Source of the DNA: Rebecca billardiae RCC1528
Lineage: Eukaryota; Protista; Haptophyta
Assembly (NCBI GenBank): GCA_965240325.2
Contig: OZ251231.1
Coordinates: 992,001 to 1,056,000 of the forward strand
Direction of reading: 5' to 3'
DNA length: 64,000 nucleotides
Positions 1 through 10,314 of this stretch are shown in pieces. The translations under genes were made by a program, and so were the position numbers. The notes under the pieces are model-generated. The model did no database searches. It worked only from the letters and a program-made list of their open reading frames with translations, and was not told where the DNA came from. The first letter of the stretch is position 1. Every line of letters begins with the position of its first letter.

Positions 1-552
1 CCCCGCATTGCCGCCATCCACCCAGGGCGAGTCGACGACGAGCGCGACGTGCGCACCGTCGAAGGCAGCGATGGCGTCCGCGGCCATCGACATCACGTGC
101 GCGGGAGCGGTCTCGTCCACCTCGCACGGCGGCCAGCACAGCATGAGCGCCGAGCAGCGCACACCGGCCGCAGCGCCGGCATCGCCCTTGTCGACGCGCG
201 TGAATGGGGGTGGCATGCACCAGCGCGCGTCGCGCTGGAGGGCGTGCTGCCAGTTGGGCCGCGCCTCGGGCTCAAGTGGCGCGGCATCGTATGCCTGCAC
301 GCGCACGCCACGCGCGCGCAAGAGGCTCGCCCACAGGCCCGTGCCGGCGCCAATCTCGACCACGCCCGCGGGCTGCGCGACATGCGCGAGTGCGTCGAGC
401 GCGCGGTCGCACGGTATGGCCCACGCGTAGATGCGGCGGAGAGGAGCCATGTACAAGGCCGCGTACGCCGCCTCGAAGCGCCCGACAAGCCCCGTGAGGG
501 ACATCTCCCTCACGCAGCGCGAATGGAGCCGACGGAGCTCCGCCATCGTCAT
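1..552 (-). CDS. Class I SAM-dependent methyltransferase-like protein (3' end runs off the window)
   Basis: Own translation, not in the ORF track: YAWAIP...VVEIGAGTGLWASLLRARGVRVHAYD...ALMLCWPP. ATG at 552 or 546; the frame is open to base 1. Confidence 0.8.
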   Translation of the reverse strand, partial: MTMAELRRLHSRCVREMSLTGLVGRFEAAYAALYMAPLRRIYAWAIPCDRALDALAHVAQPAGVVEIGAGTGLWASLLRARGVRVQAYDAAPLEPEARPNWQHALQRDARWCMPPPFTRVDKGDAGAAAGVRCSALMLCWPPCEVDETAPAHVMSMAADAIAAFDGAHVALVVDSPWVDGGNAG

Positions 553-708
553 CAACAACGCGGCCTCCTGAAACTCCAGAATGTTCGAGCAGAGATCGCA
601 TCTCCGTGCAGACCTGGGCCCAGGATCGACTACGATAATTATTCGCGTTCGCGCCAATCAATCAGCGCTCTGATCAAACGCCCGGGCCCGCGAACGCACC
701 GCATCGTA

Positions 709-2439
709 ATGCGCGCTAACGCGCTGTTGCACGCGGGCCTGCTCGCGGCGCTCGTCGGGCCTGGCGCGTCGTTCCGCGCACCCGGCCGCGTGCACCCCGG
801 TGTGCGTGCTCCCATCCTACGCCGGGTGACGCAGCCCGCACCCATCGCGTGCTTCGCCAGCAAAACACTCGAGGACGAGGTCCCGCGCGAACGGCTGATT
901 GAGATCTGCAACGCGCTGCGCGAGCGATGGGGCTCCGTCGAGCGGATATACGACACACTGCCGCACGCGACCGCGGACGGCGATGATGACGATGTCATCG
1001 ATATGGATGCCTTCATGCAGGCGCTCGTCGCCGCCAAAATCAGCGCGACGCCGCAGGAGATGGGCTCCATCTTCAAGGCATTCGATCTGGACAACTCGGG
1101 CACGCTCGAGCTCGAGGAGATCAGACTAGCGCTTCGCGAGAGCGGCGCGATCTTCCGCACGTATCAGCAGTCGCTCACCACGATGCTTGCCGCCATCGGC
1201 TCGGCGGCGCTCTTCGCCGCCGGCATCGCCGCCACGCGCGGGCTCTCGGACGCGGGCGACTTTGCGACCGCGTACATTGTGGAGGACTCGCTCTCGGTGG
1301 ACAACCTGTTCGTCTTCGTGCTGCTCTTCGAGTACTTCCGCGTGCCGCTGTGGCTGCAGCAGCGCTGCCTCACGCTCGGCATCGCCGGTGCGCGGCACGC
1401 GTCGACTCCGCTGCCGCGGCCGCGATCCGCGCGCGCGCGCGCACGCCCCCGCCGACCGCGCACCTCCCGCCCGCACGCGTCCCCTGCGCGCGCGCGCGGG
1501 CGCGCAGGCGCTGTGGTGCTCCGCGGCATCTTCATCGGTGGCGGGCTCGTGCTGATCGACAAGTTCCACGGGCTCGTCATCGGCTTCGGCCTCTTCCTCG
1601 TCTACTCGTCGTACAGCCTGCTCGCCGGCGGCGACGACGACGAGGAGGACGACATCGCGGACAACGCGGTCGTGCAGTGGGCGACCAGCACGCTCAACGC
1701 GACCAGCGACTTCGACGGAGGCCGGCTCTTCACGAAGCGCGGCCTGGAGCCGGGGGCGGCCGTGGGCGAGGGCCCTCTCGGCGTGCTGCTCTCAACGCTC
1801 GGCCGGCCCACGCCGCTGCTCCTCACGCTCATCTGCGTCGAGCTCTGCGACATCGTCTTTGCGGTCGACTCGATCCCGGCGGTGTTTGGCGTCACGTCCG
1901 ATCCCTTCATCGCGTTCACGTCCAACATCTTCGCCATCATCGGCCTGCGCTCGCTGTACTCGGTGCTGGCCTCGGCCGTGCAGGACCTGGTGCGCGCTCG
2001 AGCGCGCGGCGCCCCGCCGCGCGCCCACCTCTCCGCCGCGCGCGCCCTCGTCGCTGCGTCGCCGACCCGCGCCCCGCGGCCGCGCGGCGGGCGGGTGCAG
2101 GCGTACCTGGAGCAGAGCGTCGCCATCGTGCTCGGCTTTGTGGGCGTGAAGCTGCTCGCGGAGGGCGTCGGCTTCGAGATCGGCACGGGGCTCTCGCTCG
2201 GGCTGATCGGCTCGGTGCTCCTCGTTGGCGTGGTGCTCTCCCTCGCCGAGAAGCGCAACGAGCTCGAGGAGGACCAAGCGTTCGTGGAGTCCAAGGCGGC
2301 CGACGTGGATGCCGCCTCGCGCCCGTTTGCCGTCGTGCCGCCGGTGCCGCGCGTCGTGCGCATCTCACGCGACATCCAGAACAGCGCGGCGGACGTGTGG
2401 AAGGCCCTCACTGGCGATGGCGACAAGAGCGATCCATGA
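709..2439 (+). CDS. TerC/Alx-family membrane protein with N-terminal EF-hand pair, probably plastid-targeted; introns 1388-1507 and 1990-2100
   Basis: TerC motifs EDSLSVDNLFVF and ELCDIVFAVDSIPAVFGVTSDPFIAFTSNIFAIIGLRSLY. EF-hand loop DLDNSGTLELEE. Signal peptide followed by GAS-F. Two GC-rich GT..AG insertions interrupt conserved TerC sequence. Confidence 0.88.
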   Translation: MRANALLHAGLLAALVGPGASFRAPGRVHPGVRAPILRRVTQPAPIACFASKTLEDEVPRERLIEICNALRERWGSVERIYDTLPHATADGDDDDVIDMDAFMQALVAAKISATPQEMGSIFKAFDLDNSGTLELEEIRLALRESGAIFRTYQQSLTTMLAAIGSAALFAAGIAATRGLSDAGDFATAYIVEDSLSVDNLFVFVLLFEYFRVPLWLQQRCLTLGIAGARHASTPLPRPRSARARARPRRPRTSRPHASPARARGRAGAVVLRGIFIGGGLVLIDKFHGLVIGFGLFLVYSSYSLLAGGDDDEEDDIADNAVVQWATSTLNATSDFDGGRLFTKRGLEPGAAVGEGPLGVLLSTLGRPTPLLLTLICVELCDIVFAVDSIPAVFGVTSDPFIAFTSNIFAIIGLRSLYSVLASAVQDLVRARARGAPPRAHLSAARALVAASPTRAPRPRGGRVQAYLEQSVAIVLGFVGVKLLAEGVGFEIGTGLSLGLIGSVLLVGVVLSLAEKRNELEEDQAFVESKAADVDAASRPFAVVPPVPRVVRISRDIQNSAADVWKALTGDGDKSDP

Positions 2440-2818
2440 AGCTCATGCTGCGCGGTGCCCAGTCATGTCATCACGTACTCCTGTATCATGATCAACCAGA
2501 CGACCATCAAAGCTGACAAAAAACTCCAAAACTCAATCACGACTGGGATCGGGCGCGGGGAGATTCCCTCGAGATACAGTTTACTAGAGCGCTGTGTAGA
2601 AACCCCGGCGAACGACAGTCGATATTGGTACTCGTCAGGTGGGTTGTAGCCAAATAGTCACGATGACGTTGCATTCAGTTGATGGGTTGATGACCGCTTA
2701 CCCGGCTCACGGGGCTCGCCATCCCGCTTGGGTGATCTCCCGGTGGAGCAGCTCGCGAGGCGCAACTGCCCCCCCAGCCCGCGCGAGCGCGGGCGGGGCG
2801 CCAGCGGGGCGGAGCGCG

Positions 2819-5800
2819 ATGGCTCCGACTGGGATGCAGATCGAGATCGAGGCGCCCGTCATTCTCACCCCGGAGAACCTCGCCTCGCCGAACGAGGCCA
2901 GCGCCCCGGCAATCGCGGCAGCGCCGGCGCGCAGCACGTCGAGTGGATCATCACCGCCAACTCGGCAGAATTCCTCGGTGTCGCCTCCGGCGCTGGTGGT
3001 GCCCGGAAACGCGCAGACCTCTCGGTCGAGTAGGGGTGACACGTCCACCACTGGCAAGGCGAAGGAGGGGAAGGAGGGTCGGATGTCAAAGGATCCGCGC
3101 CAGTTGATGGCGAGCGCGGCGGCGAGCGTGCTGCACAAGGAGCCCGAGCAGGTGGAGGAGAACAACATCTTCGCGCAGAACATCATCGACGACGAGGCGC
3201 AGGATGGCCCGCAGTCCGCCGACTTCAACCTCATCCCACCCTTCAAGAAGTGGGTCAAGCGCACGGGCGCGACGCTGCGCGGCGTCTCGCTGTTTGTGTA
3301 CGCCTTCTTCATGATCGGCGCAAACCTCGCGGCGTTCTCGTCGACGGACGCGCCGGTGGCGGAGGCGCTCGCGATCGCGTCGAGCTGCTGGGTCGTCTTC
3401 CTGCTCTTCCCGCTGCTCCTCGACCCGGACATCCGCAGCCGGTGGCGCCTGTACAACAGGCTGACCTCGACGGCCGACGCGAACACCCTCTCGGACGAGA
3501 AGAAGCCGGGGCCGGGCGGCGACGGGAGCCGCAAGGGGCGCAAGTCGCACCGCGAGGAGGAGCGCACGTGGGCGGCGTGCTACAAGCGCGGCACCGACGA
3601 GGAGATCGACGCGGGCATCGGCTACAACCGCCGGCGCAACAACTCGATCTCGGCGATGTCGCTCGCGTCTGACGCCGCCGACGTTGACGGCTCGGGCATC
3701 AAGCGCAGCCGGCACGCGTCGGACGCGATGTTCAGCAGCGGCGCGGCGGCGCGCGCCGCGACGGCGGCGAACGCGCAGAAGCGCGGCTCCATCATGCGGC
3801 GCACGTGCTCGAACGACGACACGGCCGACAAGGCCATCCTCGAGGCGCACGGCAGCTGCGACGCCCCGCGCGAGAGCGGCGGCAGCGGCGGGCCCTTCCC
3901 GCGCGCGGCGAGCCTCGGCGTGCGCGAGTGGGCGACGCGCGCGACCGGCCGGGCGCGCTCGCCGGGGCAGATCTTGCGCTCGCCACCGAAGCGCCGCAAG
4001 GCCGCGGCGCGCGGCGACGGCGGCGACCCGGGCACCACCGTGCAATCGCGCACGGCGGTCGACCTGAGCGAGCTGCTGCTCGACCAGCTGACGGAGGCGA
4101 AGCAGTACCTGCACCTCGTGCACGACTCGCCGATCTACTGGACGGAGCGCACGATCCGCTCGATCGGCTTCAGCCTCGCGTACATCTGGGGCACGTACTT
4201 CCTCACCGAGCGCCTGCCGGAGTCGGGCTTCTGGGACTTCAGCGCGATGCCGCAGCCGTTCATCCTCGTGATGCACATCTCGATCTGGATGACCACCTTC
4301 GACTACCTCTTCGAGATGCACACGACCGGCTGGCCGTTTGTGCTGTCGTTTGGCTCGCTCGCGCTCTTCGTCACGCTGCCCGTCTTCTTCCTGCTCCTCG
4401 GGCTGGGCGAGAAGGTCGCCTTCTTCGAGGACCCGGCGGGCACGCTGCTGCGGTACAACCTCGACACGGCGACGCAGCCGTTCGTCGACGACGAGGTGAA
4501 GGGCGTCGGCGACGTGCGCCCGCAGTACTTCCTGCTGCAGTACGGCTGGCTGCGCTTCCTCGAGCTGTACCGCGTGAACACGCTCACGCTCGCCAAGGCG
4601 CGCGTCGCCTCGGTCGGCATCCAGACCGCCTCGCTCGTGATCGGCATCCTGTGCATCCTGCTGACGATGGCGGGCTCGATCCACTCGTTCGAGGCGCCGT
4701 CCGACCTCAACCCGTCCTTCACCTCCTTCGAGCACTTCTTCTACTTCTCGCTGGTGACGGTGACGACGGTGGGGTACGGCGACTTCTTCCCGTCGACGGG
4801 GCTCTCGCGCGTCGCGTGCATGGCGGGCATCATCATCGCCGTGACGTGGGTGCCCGTGCAGCTCTCGCGGCTGCAGGCGGCGCTCGCGCACGAGGGCACG
4901 CAGCTCGGCAAGCCGCCCGACCGGAGCGAGCCGTACTGCCTGCTGCTCGGCAACATCTCGAAGCTGCAGCTGCAGGTCTTCTTCCGGCAGGTGAGCTCGC
5001 ACAAGATCTCCACGCCCGCGCGCTTCGTCGTGCTCTCCACCGCGCCGCTCAAGGAGCTCGAGGTGCACCGCCTCTCGCGCGACGAGCAGCGGCGCATCTA
5101 CTTCGAGCAGGTCGACATCCTCAAGTCGCTCTCGCTCGGCACGGCGTCGCACAAGCTGCTGCTGCGCAAGGCGACGGCGGTGTACGTGTTCAACCGCGAC
5201 AAGGCGGTGGGCGTGGCCGACCGCGACGCCGACCAGGAGACCACGATCCGCGTGCTCACGCTGCTCACCTTCGTGCGGCCGCGCCACATGACGGTGCAGC
5301 TGCAGTCGCTGCACAACGCGCCGATGCTGCGCACGCTCGGCATCCAGAACCTGCTCTGCCTCAACGAGCTCAAGATGCGCATGCTCGCCAAGTCGGTGAC
5401 CGACTGCCCTGGCATCATCACGCTCATGGCGAACCTGCTCAACACCTCCGCCGAGGTGCGCAAGGAGACGATGGACCACCACATCCACTTCTCCGAGCAC
5501 CAGCGCGAGTACCTCGACGGCGCGACCTGCGAGCTCTTCGTGCACAAGCTGCCGGCGTGGGCCAACGGCAAGAAGGCGCACCGGCTGTACGACGTGATGG
5601 CGCGCGTGGACGGGCTCGTGCTGCTCGCGGTCAAGGACGAGGACCTGATGCACATCTGGCGCGGCGACTTCGACGTGCAGGAGGGCATGAACGGCCTCTT
5701 CATCGGGCGCGACTTCGAGCAGGTCCGCACGTTCTGCGAGCGCTCGCAGCCGCCGCCGACGCTGCTGCGCCTCGCCGCCGAGCGCGCGTCACGCAGGTCG

Positions 5801-8305
5801 ATCCACATCTCGTCGAGGATCCAGATCACGGGCCCGCTCAACGCGCCCACCTCGCCGCAGACGCGGCGCGGCTCGTGCATCCCCGCGTGCGACAGCCTGC
5901 CGCTCATCACCACCGGCGCCATCTCCGCGTCGAGCTCGTCGGTCGGCCTGCGGCTCAAGCGGCTGTCGGGCGGGCTCTCGAGCGGAGGGCGCGGGATCCC
6001 GCCGTGCGGCTCGCGGGACTCGCTCCCGTCGTCCGCGCGCTCGACGACGGGCTTCAACGCGCCCGGCGGCGGCTTCATCCCGCGCTCGAACTCGACCGAG
6101 CGCATCATCCCGCGCACGGCGTCGTCCGAGCGCGTGCTCCCGCGCTCGATGTCGACCGAGCGCATCCGCGCCGCGCTGCTGCGCACCGAGTCGGTCGAGT
6201 CGGTCGGCGGCACGGCGAGCGCGCTCAGGGCGACCGGCGCGGCCGCGGGCGGCGCGCCGAGTGGCGCGGGCACCGGCAGCAGGCGCGCGTCGGCCCTGCT
6301 GCGCACCGAGTCGGTCGAGTCCCTCGGCGGCACGGCGAACGCGCTCAGGTCGGTGGGCGGCTCGCGAGCGTCGACGGGCAACGCGCCGGCGCTGCGGCCG
6401 GCGGGCGCGGCCCCGCCGGCCCCCAAGCGCGTCGGCATCGCGCCGATCGCGGTGACCATCGCGCCGCCCGAGCGCGACAGCGCCGCGTCGGATGCCGACG
6501 TGGTCGAGCTGCCACCCGGGCAGGCGGCGGGCGCGGCGGAGCAGCCGCCCGCGCCAGCGGCGGCGGACGGCAAGCCCACGCACCCGGCCTCGGTCGCGTT
6601 TGCCGCGGGGAGCGGCCGGCGCAGCAGCCTGGGGCTGGGCGCGGCCGTGAACGCGATGGCGCGCACCACGCCGATCTCGCTGCCCTCGCCGTTCCGCAAG
6701 CGCGGCTCGTGCGGCTTCCGGCAGCAGGGCAAGGACAGCGCCGTCGTCTCGCCCGTGCTCACCACCCCGGCCGAGGGCTCGTTCCGCGGCTCGGGCGGCG
6801 CCGTCGGCGCTGCCCTGGAGGTGGCCAGGCCCAACCCGAGCGCCGAGGTGCCGTACTCGCCGTTCCGATCGCTTGGCCCGCGGTGGAAGCGGCCCGCGCC
6901 CAAGCCGGTCGGGCCGGGCGCGCCCGAGAAGAACGTGACGCCGCCCGCGACGCCGACGCTCGGCCGCGCGCGGCTGGCGAACGAGCGCCACTCGCACGGG
7001 GTGCGCATCGTGCTGTGCGGCTGGCCGCGCAACGTCGAGAAGTTCATGGAGATCGCGACGAGATCGCCCGAGCTGCGCATCGTGATCTTCGCGCCGACGC
7101 AGCCCGAGCACGCGAGCCGCAACTCGATGCGCCCGTTCCGCGAGAAGTACATCTACGTGAAGGGCAACCCGCTCGACCGCGAGGAGCTCAAGCCGTTCAT
7201 CCTCAAGCCGGGGCTGCACTCGGTGATCGTCTTCAACGAGTACCTCACGGACGAGCGGCAGGCGAACGCGATGGACGTGGTGGTGTGCGCGGCGAACGTG
7301 GAGAGCATGCTCCCGCCGGGCCACCCCAACATCCAGGTGCTCGTCACGCTCAACTCCTCCTCCGACATGCGCTTTGTCGACCGCACGTCGTGGTGGCCCT
7401 CGAGCGAGGACCCGCTGTACGGCCACGTCTCCTCGCCCACGTTCGCCTCCGGCTCGGCGATCGCCAACGAGATGTTCTACCCGCTGATGATGGGCTGGTT
7501 CAAGCAGGGGCTGATCGAGTTCTGCACCAAGCTCACCGACTCGGTGCTCGACGCGACCGAGGTCAACCTAATCGAGCTGCCGCGCCAGTTCTCCGCGGGC
7601 AAGCGCGAGTTCAGATACGGCGAGATCGTCCCGCCGATGATGGCCGCCGGCTACCTGCCGATCGCGCTGTACCGTCGGCGCGTGGGCAAGTCGGCGCGCT
7701 TCATGCAGCCGTACGTGCTCACCAACCCGCCGCACTCGACGCTCGTGCGCAAGAGCGACCGCGTGTACGTGCTCATGCGCAACACCAAGCGGCGCAACTA
7801 CACGTCGTCGGTGAAGCGGCTCGAGCGCTCGGCGCGCACCATCCAGCGCTACTACCGCCAGCGCGCGCAGGACCAGTGGGCCATCACGTACTGGCGCAAG
7901 CGGATGGCCGGGCCGGGCGCGGACGACGCGGTGGCGGCGGTGGCGCCGCCCAAGCCGAAGCGGCTCGACTCGGGCGAGGTGCACGTGCCCACCGCGGCCA
8001 ACGCCAACCGCACGGTCGGCGAGGGCGCCAAGCTCGAGTGGAAGCGCTCGTCGTCGATGATGGCGGAGGACGTGACGGAGGGCAACCCGAGCGACGACCG
8101 GATGCCGCCGATGCGCTCGGAGGCGGCCGGCGCGGCCCTCAGCGTCGTGGAGTCGAGCCCGTCGACGCCGCTCACCGTGCCCTCGCCGGGCGCGCACATG
8201 CAGGACGCAGCGACCGGGAGCCACGTGCACGGCGCCGGCGAGTGGTGGTTCCCGCAGAGTCCCGTCAAAGGCATGCGCCGGCAGCAGCCTCGGGTGTGGA
8301 TATGA
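2819..8305 (+). CDS. Calcium-activated (BK/Slo-like) potassium channel, apparently a single exon
   Basis: Selectivity filter TVTTVGYGD, transmembrane segments, RCK-like regions (LCLNELKMRMLAKSVTDCPGIITLMANL; YVLTNPP...SDRVYVL) and an IQ-like motif near the C-terminus. Confidence 0.85.
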   Translation: MAPTGMQIEIEAPVILTPENLASPNEASAPAIAAAPARSTSSGSSPPTRQNSSVSPPALVVPGNAQTSRSSRGDTSTTGKAKEGKEGRMSKDPRQLMASAAASVLHKEPEQVEENNIFAQNIIDDEAQDGPQSADFNLIPPFKKWVKRTGATLRGVSLFVYAFFMIGANLAAFSSTDAPVAEALAIASSCWVVFLLFPLLLDPDIRSRWRLYNRLTSTADANTLSDEKKPGPGGDGSRKGRKSHREEERTWAACYKRGTDEEIDAGIGYNRRRNNSISAMSLASDAADVDGSGIKRSRHASDAMFSSGAAARAATAANAQKRGSIMRRTCSNDDTADKAILEAHGSCDAPRESGGSGGPFPRAASLGVREWATRATGRARSPGQILRSPPKRRKAAARGDGGDPGTTVQSRTAVDLSELLLDQLTEAKQYLHLVHDSPIYWTERTIRSIGFSLAYIWGTYFLTERLPESGFWDFSAMPQPFILVMHISIWMTTFDYLFEMHTTGWPFVLSFGSLALFVTLPVFFLLLGLGEKVAFFEDPAGTLLRYNLDTATQPFVDDEVKGVGDVRPQYFLLQYGWLRFLELYRVNTLTLAKARVASVGIQTASLVIGILCILLTMAGSIHSFEAPSDLNPSFTSFEHFFYFSLVTVTTVGYGDFFPSTGLSRVACMAGIIIAVTWVPVQLSRLQAALAHEGTQLGKPPDRSEPYCLLLGNISKLQLQVFFRQVSSHKISTPARFVVLSTAPLKELEVHRLSRDEQRRIYFEQVDILKSLSLGTASHKLLLRKATAVYVFNRDKAVGVADRDADQETTIRVLTLLTFVRPRHMTVQLQSLHNAPMLRTLGIQNLLCLNELKMRMLAKSVTDCPGIITLMANLLNTSAEVRKETMDHHIHFSEHQREYLDGATCELFVHKLPAWANGKKAHRLYDVMARVDGLVLLAVKDEDLMHIWRGDFDVQEGMNGLFIGRDFEQVRTFCERSQPPPTLLRLAAERASRRSIHISSRIQITGPLNAPTSPQTRRGSCIPACDSLPLITTGAISASSSSVGLRLKRLSGGLSSGGRGIPPCGSRDSLPSSARSTTGFNAPGGGFIPRSNSTERIIPRTASSERVLPRSMSTERIRAALLRTESVESVGGTASALRATGAAAGGAPSGAGTGSRRASALLRTESVESLGGTANALRSVGGSRASTGNAPALRPAGAAPPAPKRVGIAPIAVTIAPPERDSAASDADVVELPPGQAAGAAEQPPAPAAADGKPTHPASVAFAAGSGRRSSLGLGAAVNAMARTTPISLPSPFRKRGSCGFRQQGKDSAVVSPVLTTPAEGSFRGSGGAVGAALEVARPNPSAEVPYSPFRSLGPRWKRPAPKPVGPGAPEKNVTPPATPTLGRARLANERHSHGVRIVLCGWPRNVEKFMEIATRSPELRIVIFAPTQPEHASRNSMRPFREKYIYVKGNPLDREELKPFILKPGLHSVIVFNEYLTDERQANAMDVVVCAANVESMLPPGHPNIQVLVTLNSSSDMRFVDRTSWWPSSEDPLYGHVSSPTFASGSAIANEMFYPLMMGWFKQGLIEFCTKLTDSVLDATEVNLIELPRQFSAGKREFRYGEIVPPMMAAGYLPIALYRRRVGKSARFMQPYVLTNPPHSTLVRKSDRVYVLMRNTKRRNYTSSVKRLERSARTIQRYYRQRAQDQWAITYWRKRMAGPGADDAVAAVAPPKPKRLDSGEVHVPTAANANRTVGEGAKLEWKRSSSMMAEDVTEGNPSDDRMPPMRSEAAGAALSVVESSPSTPLTVPSPGAHMQDAATGSHVHGAGEWWFPQSPVKGMRRQQPRVWI

Positions 8306-8446
8306 CGACGCTAGATGCATACATATCACATTGACGATGATCGACTGCTGCGCTTGATGATGACTACATGATCGAGCGCAGACAGATCGATGTCAGATGA
8401 CGGATGGCGATGACTTGGACTTGGACTTGGTCTTGCCACACGCCGA

Positions 8447-9875
8447 CACCTTGACTGCCCCCCAGCCCCGTTTTTGGCCGCACGATTGCGAATCTCAGAG
8501 TTACTTGGCCAGTCAATGTTTAGAGTTTTGAAGAAGGCGAAAGACTATCTGGCGGCCGAAACGAGGGACGGCTGTCCGTCCCGATGGCGTTCCGGCCGCG
8601 AAGTCCGCCGGTGCCTTGCCCGAGGGCGGCCGATCAGTGGCGCCTAGCCCGGTCGTCCGCGCGGTTGTGTCAGCGCACGCGCCATGTGTGTGCCCCCCGC
8701 TGTCACGGCATGTTGTGCGCCAGCACCGTGGGAGCTCCTCGCCTGTTCCTGTCACTCACGGCCAAGCGACGGTGCAGAGATCTTCAGTCCGAGCCCGCGA
8801 CTGCTGAACTTCTGTGATACGTGTGCGAATCCTTGCAGAAAAGCACGCTCTGCTCCCGCAAATCTACCTGGCGAACGTGCGCTGGTGTCAATACTTCACG
8901 CAGTGCACAAATGCCATGGCGAATCAGTCTTCCCTGCGTGTCACAGGCCTTGGCGTTTGCACATCGATAAGCTAACGGAGACGAGTCCCGACGAGCTGCG
9001 TATGGCTGTGGTCGCATGTAGTGTGGGCGTCGAACGCCGGAGAAGGTGGTGGCTGAAGGCGATAGAAGTATGCTCTCCCATCGGGTACAAGCCAGGCTTG
9101 GAAGACGTCTGCTTGCATCACACACACAGCTTACGCCGACCCGTGCGACGTGAAGCGCCTCAAGCGTGACGGAAGCAACCCAAGGTGCGCGCAAGGCGTG
9201 AGGAGCAGGGTGATCTAACCTTACGCGGGCCTGCTCATCTAGCAGCGCACTCAGTAGATCGCCCCCGTCCTCAGGCGCACGATGACCACCGAATCGTGAA
9301 TGTGTAGACGCTGACGCGTGCCAGCTTGCGGCGAGCAGCGACCGAGTGCCGCGGACTCGGGCCTCGCGCAAGAACAAGCAGGTTTTTTTGGCGCGGAGGA
9401 CGCTAGCATGACCTGCACGTACAGCGGGGAGATTGTTTGCAAGGCGTGCCCTACATACAGCTCGCGTGCCCCTCAGATATCCCGCGCGGAGAACGTCAGC
9501 AGCCCAGCATCGCAGTCCGCGCCGCAGACCCAACCACTCAGCTCCGCCCCTCGCCCACCACGAGACGGCGAGATACCGACGAAGTGGAACGGAGCGAGCT
9601 CTATTTCCTATCGGGGCTCGCGGGAGCCGATGTGATCATTTTTCATTGAGCGAAGCCCGAGCTGGCTTCCCATTGGACGGATTGGCGGCTGCGCTACTCC
9701 GCAAGGCGAAACACTTACAGCTTCACATCCCGAAAATGCAAGTTTGGACAATAGAGTGAGGCACCCTCCTCCAATGAAATTGCTGAAAATCCCGACGAAA
9801 CTTTACTGACGTACGTCAGTAAACGCAATCTCCGGGAGATATGGCCATTTCCGCCCACTGGGGTCATTCAAGGTG
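8447..9875. mobile_element. Possible decayed non-autonomous DNA transposon
   Basis: Imperfect inverted ends (CACCTTGACTGCCCCCCAG versus the reverse complement CACCTTGAATGACCCCAG), lower-GC interior and no credible gene. No clean TSD. Confidence 0.35.
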
Positions 9876-9935
9876 CACGGCCTGATTGCCTCTCTGAGTG
9901 TCACACTCACAGCCCGTGAGTGTGACTTATCGTCG

Positions 9936-10108
<173 letters not shown>

Positions 10109-10314
10109 TGCATACCACGTCGTTAATACATATATGTATTGTAGTTTATCATTATTAAATTCTGTGAAATGAATAATATGACGCTCGGATTACTCTGAAG
10201 TCAGTCAGAAAATGCGGCGGCTGACCGGCTGACCCGACCGCCAGTCCGGTCGAGAAAAAGCAGCTAATAAATTATTTCACAATAAACTAATACGAATATA
10301 TATATCTCTATCTA

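Noticed and set aside
3086-8334. Very long alternative-frame and antisense ORFs (e.g. 3805-8334, 3086-5653) and similar ORFs throughout the window
   Set aside because: These are Arg/Ala/Gly-rich shadows of real genes, caused by high GC3 and a scarcity of stop codons.
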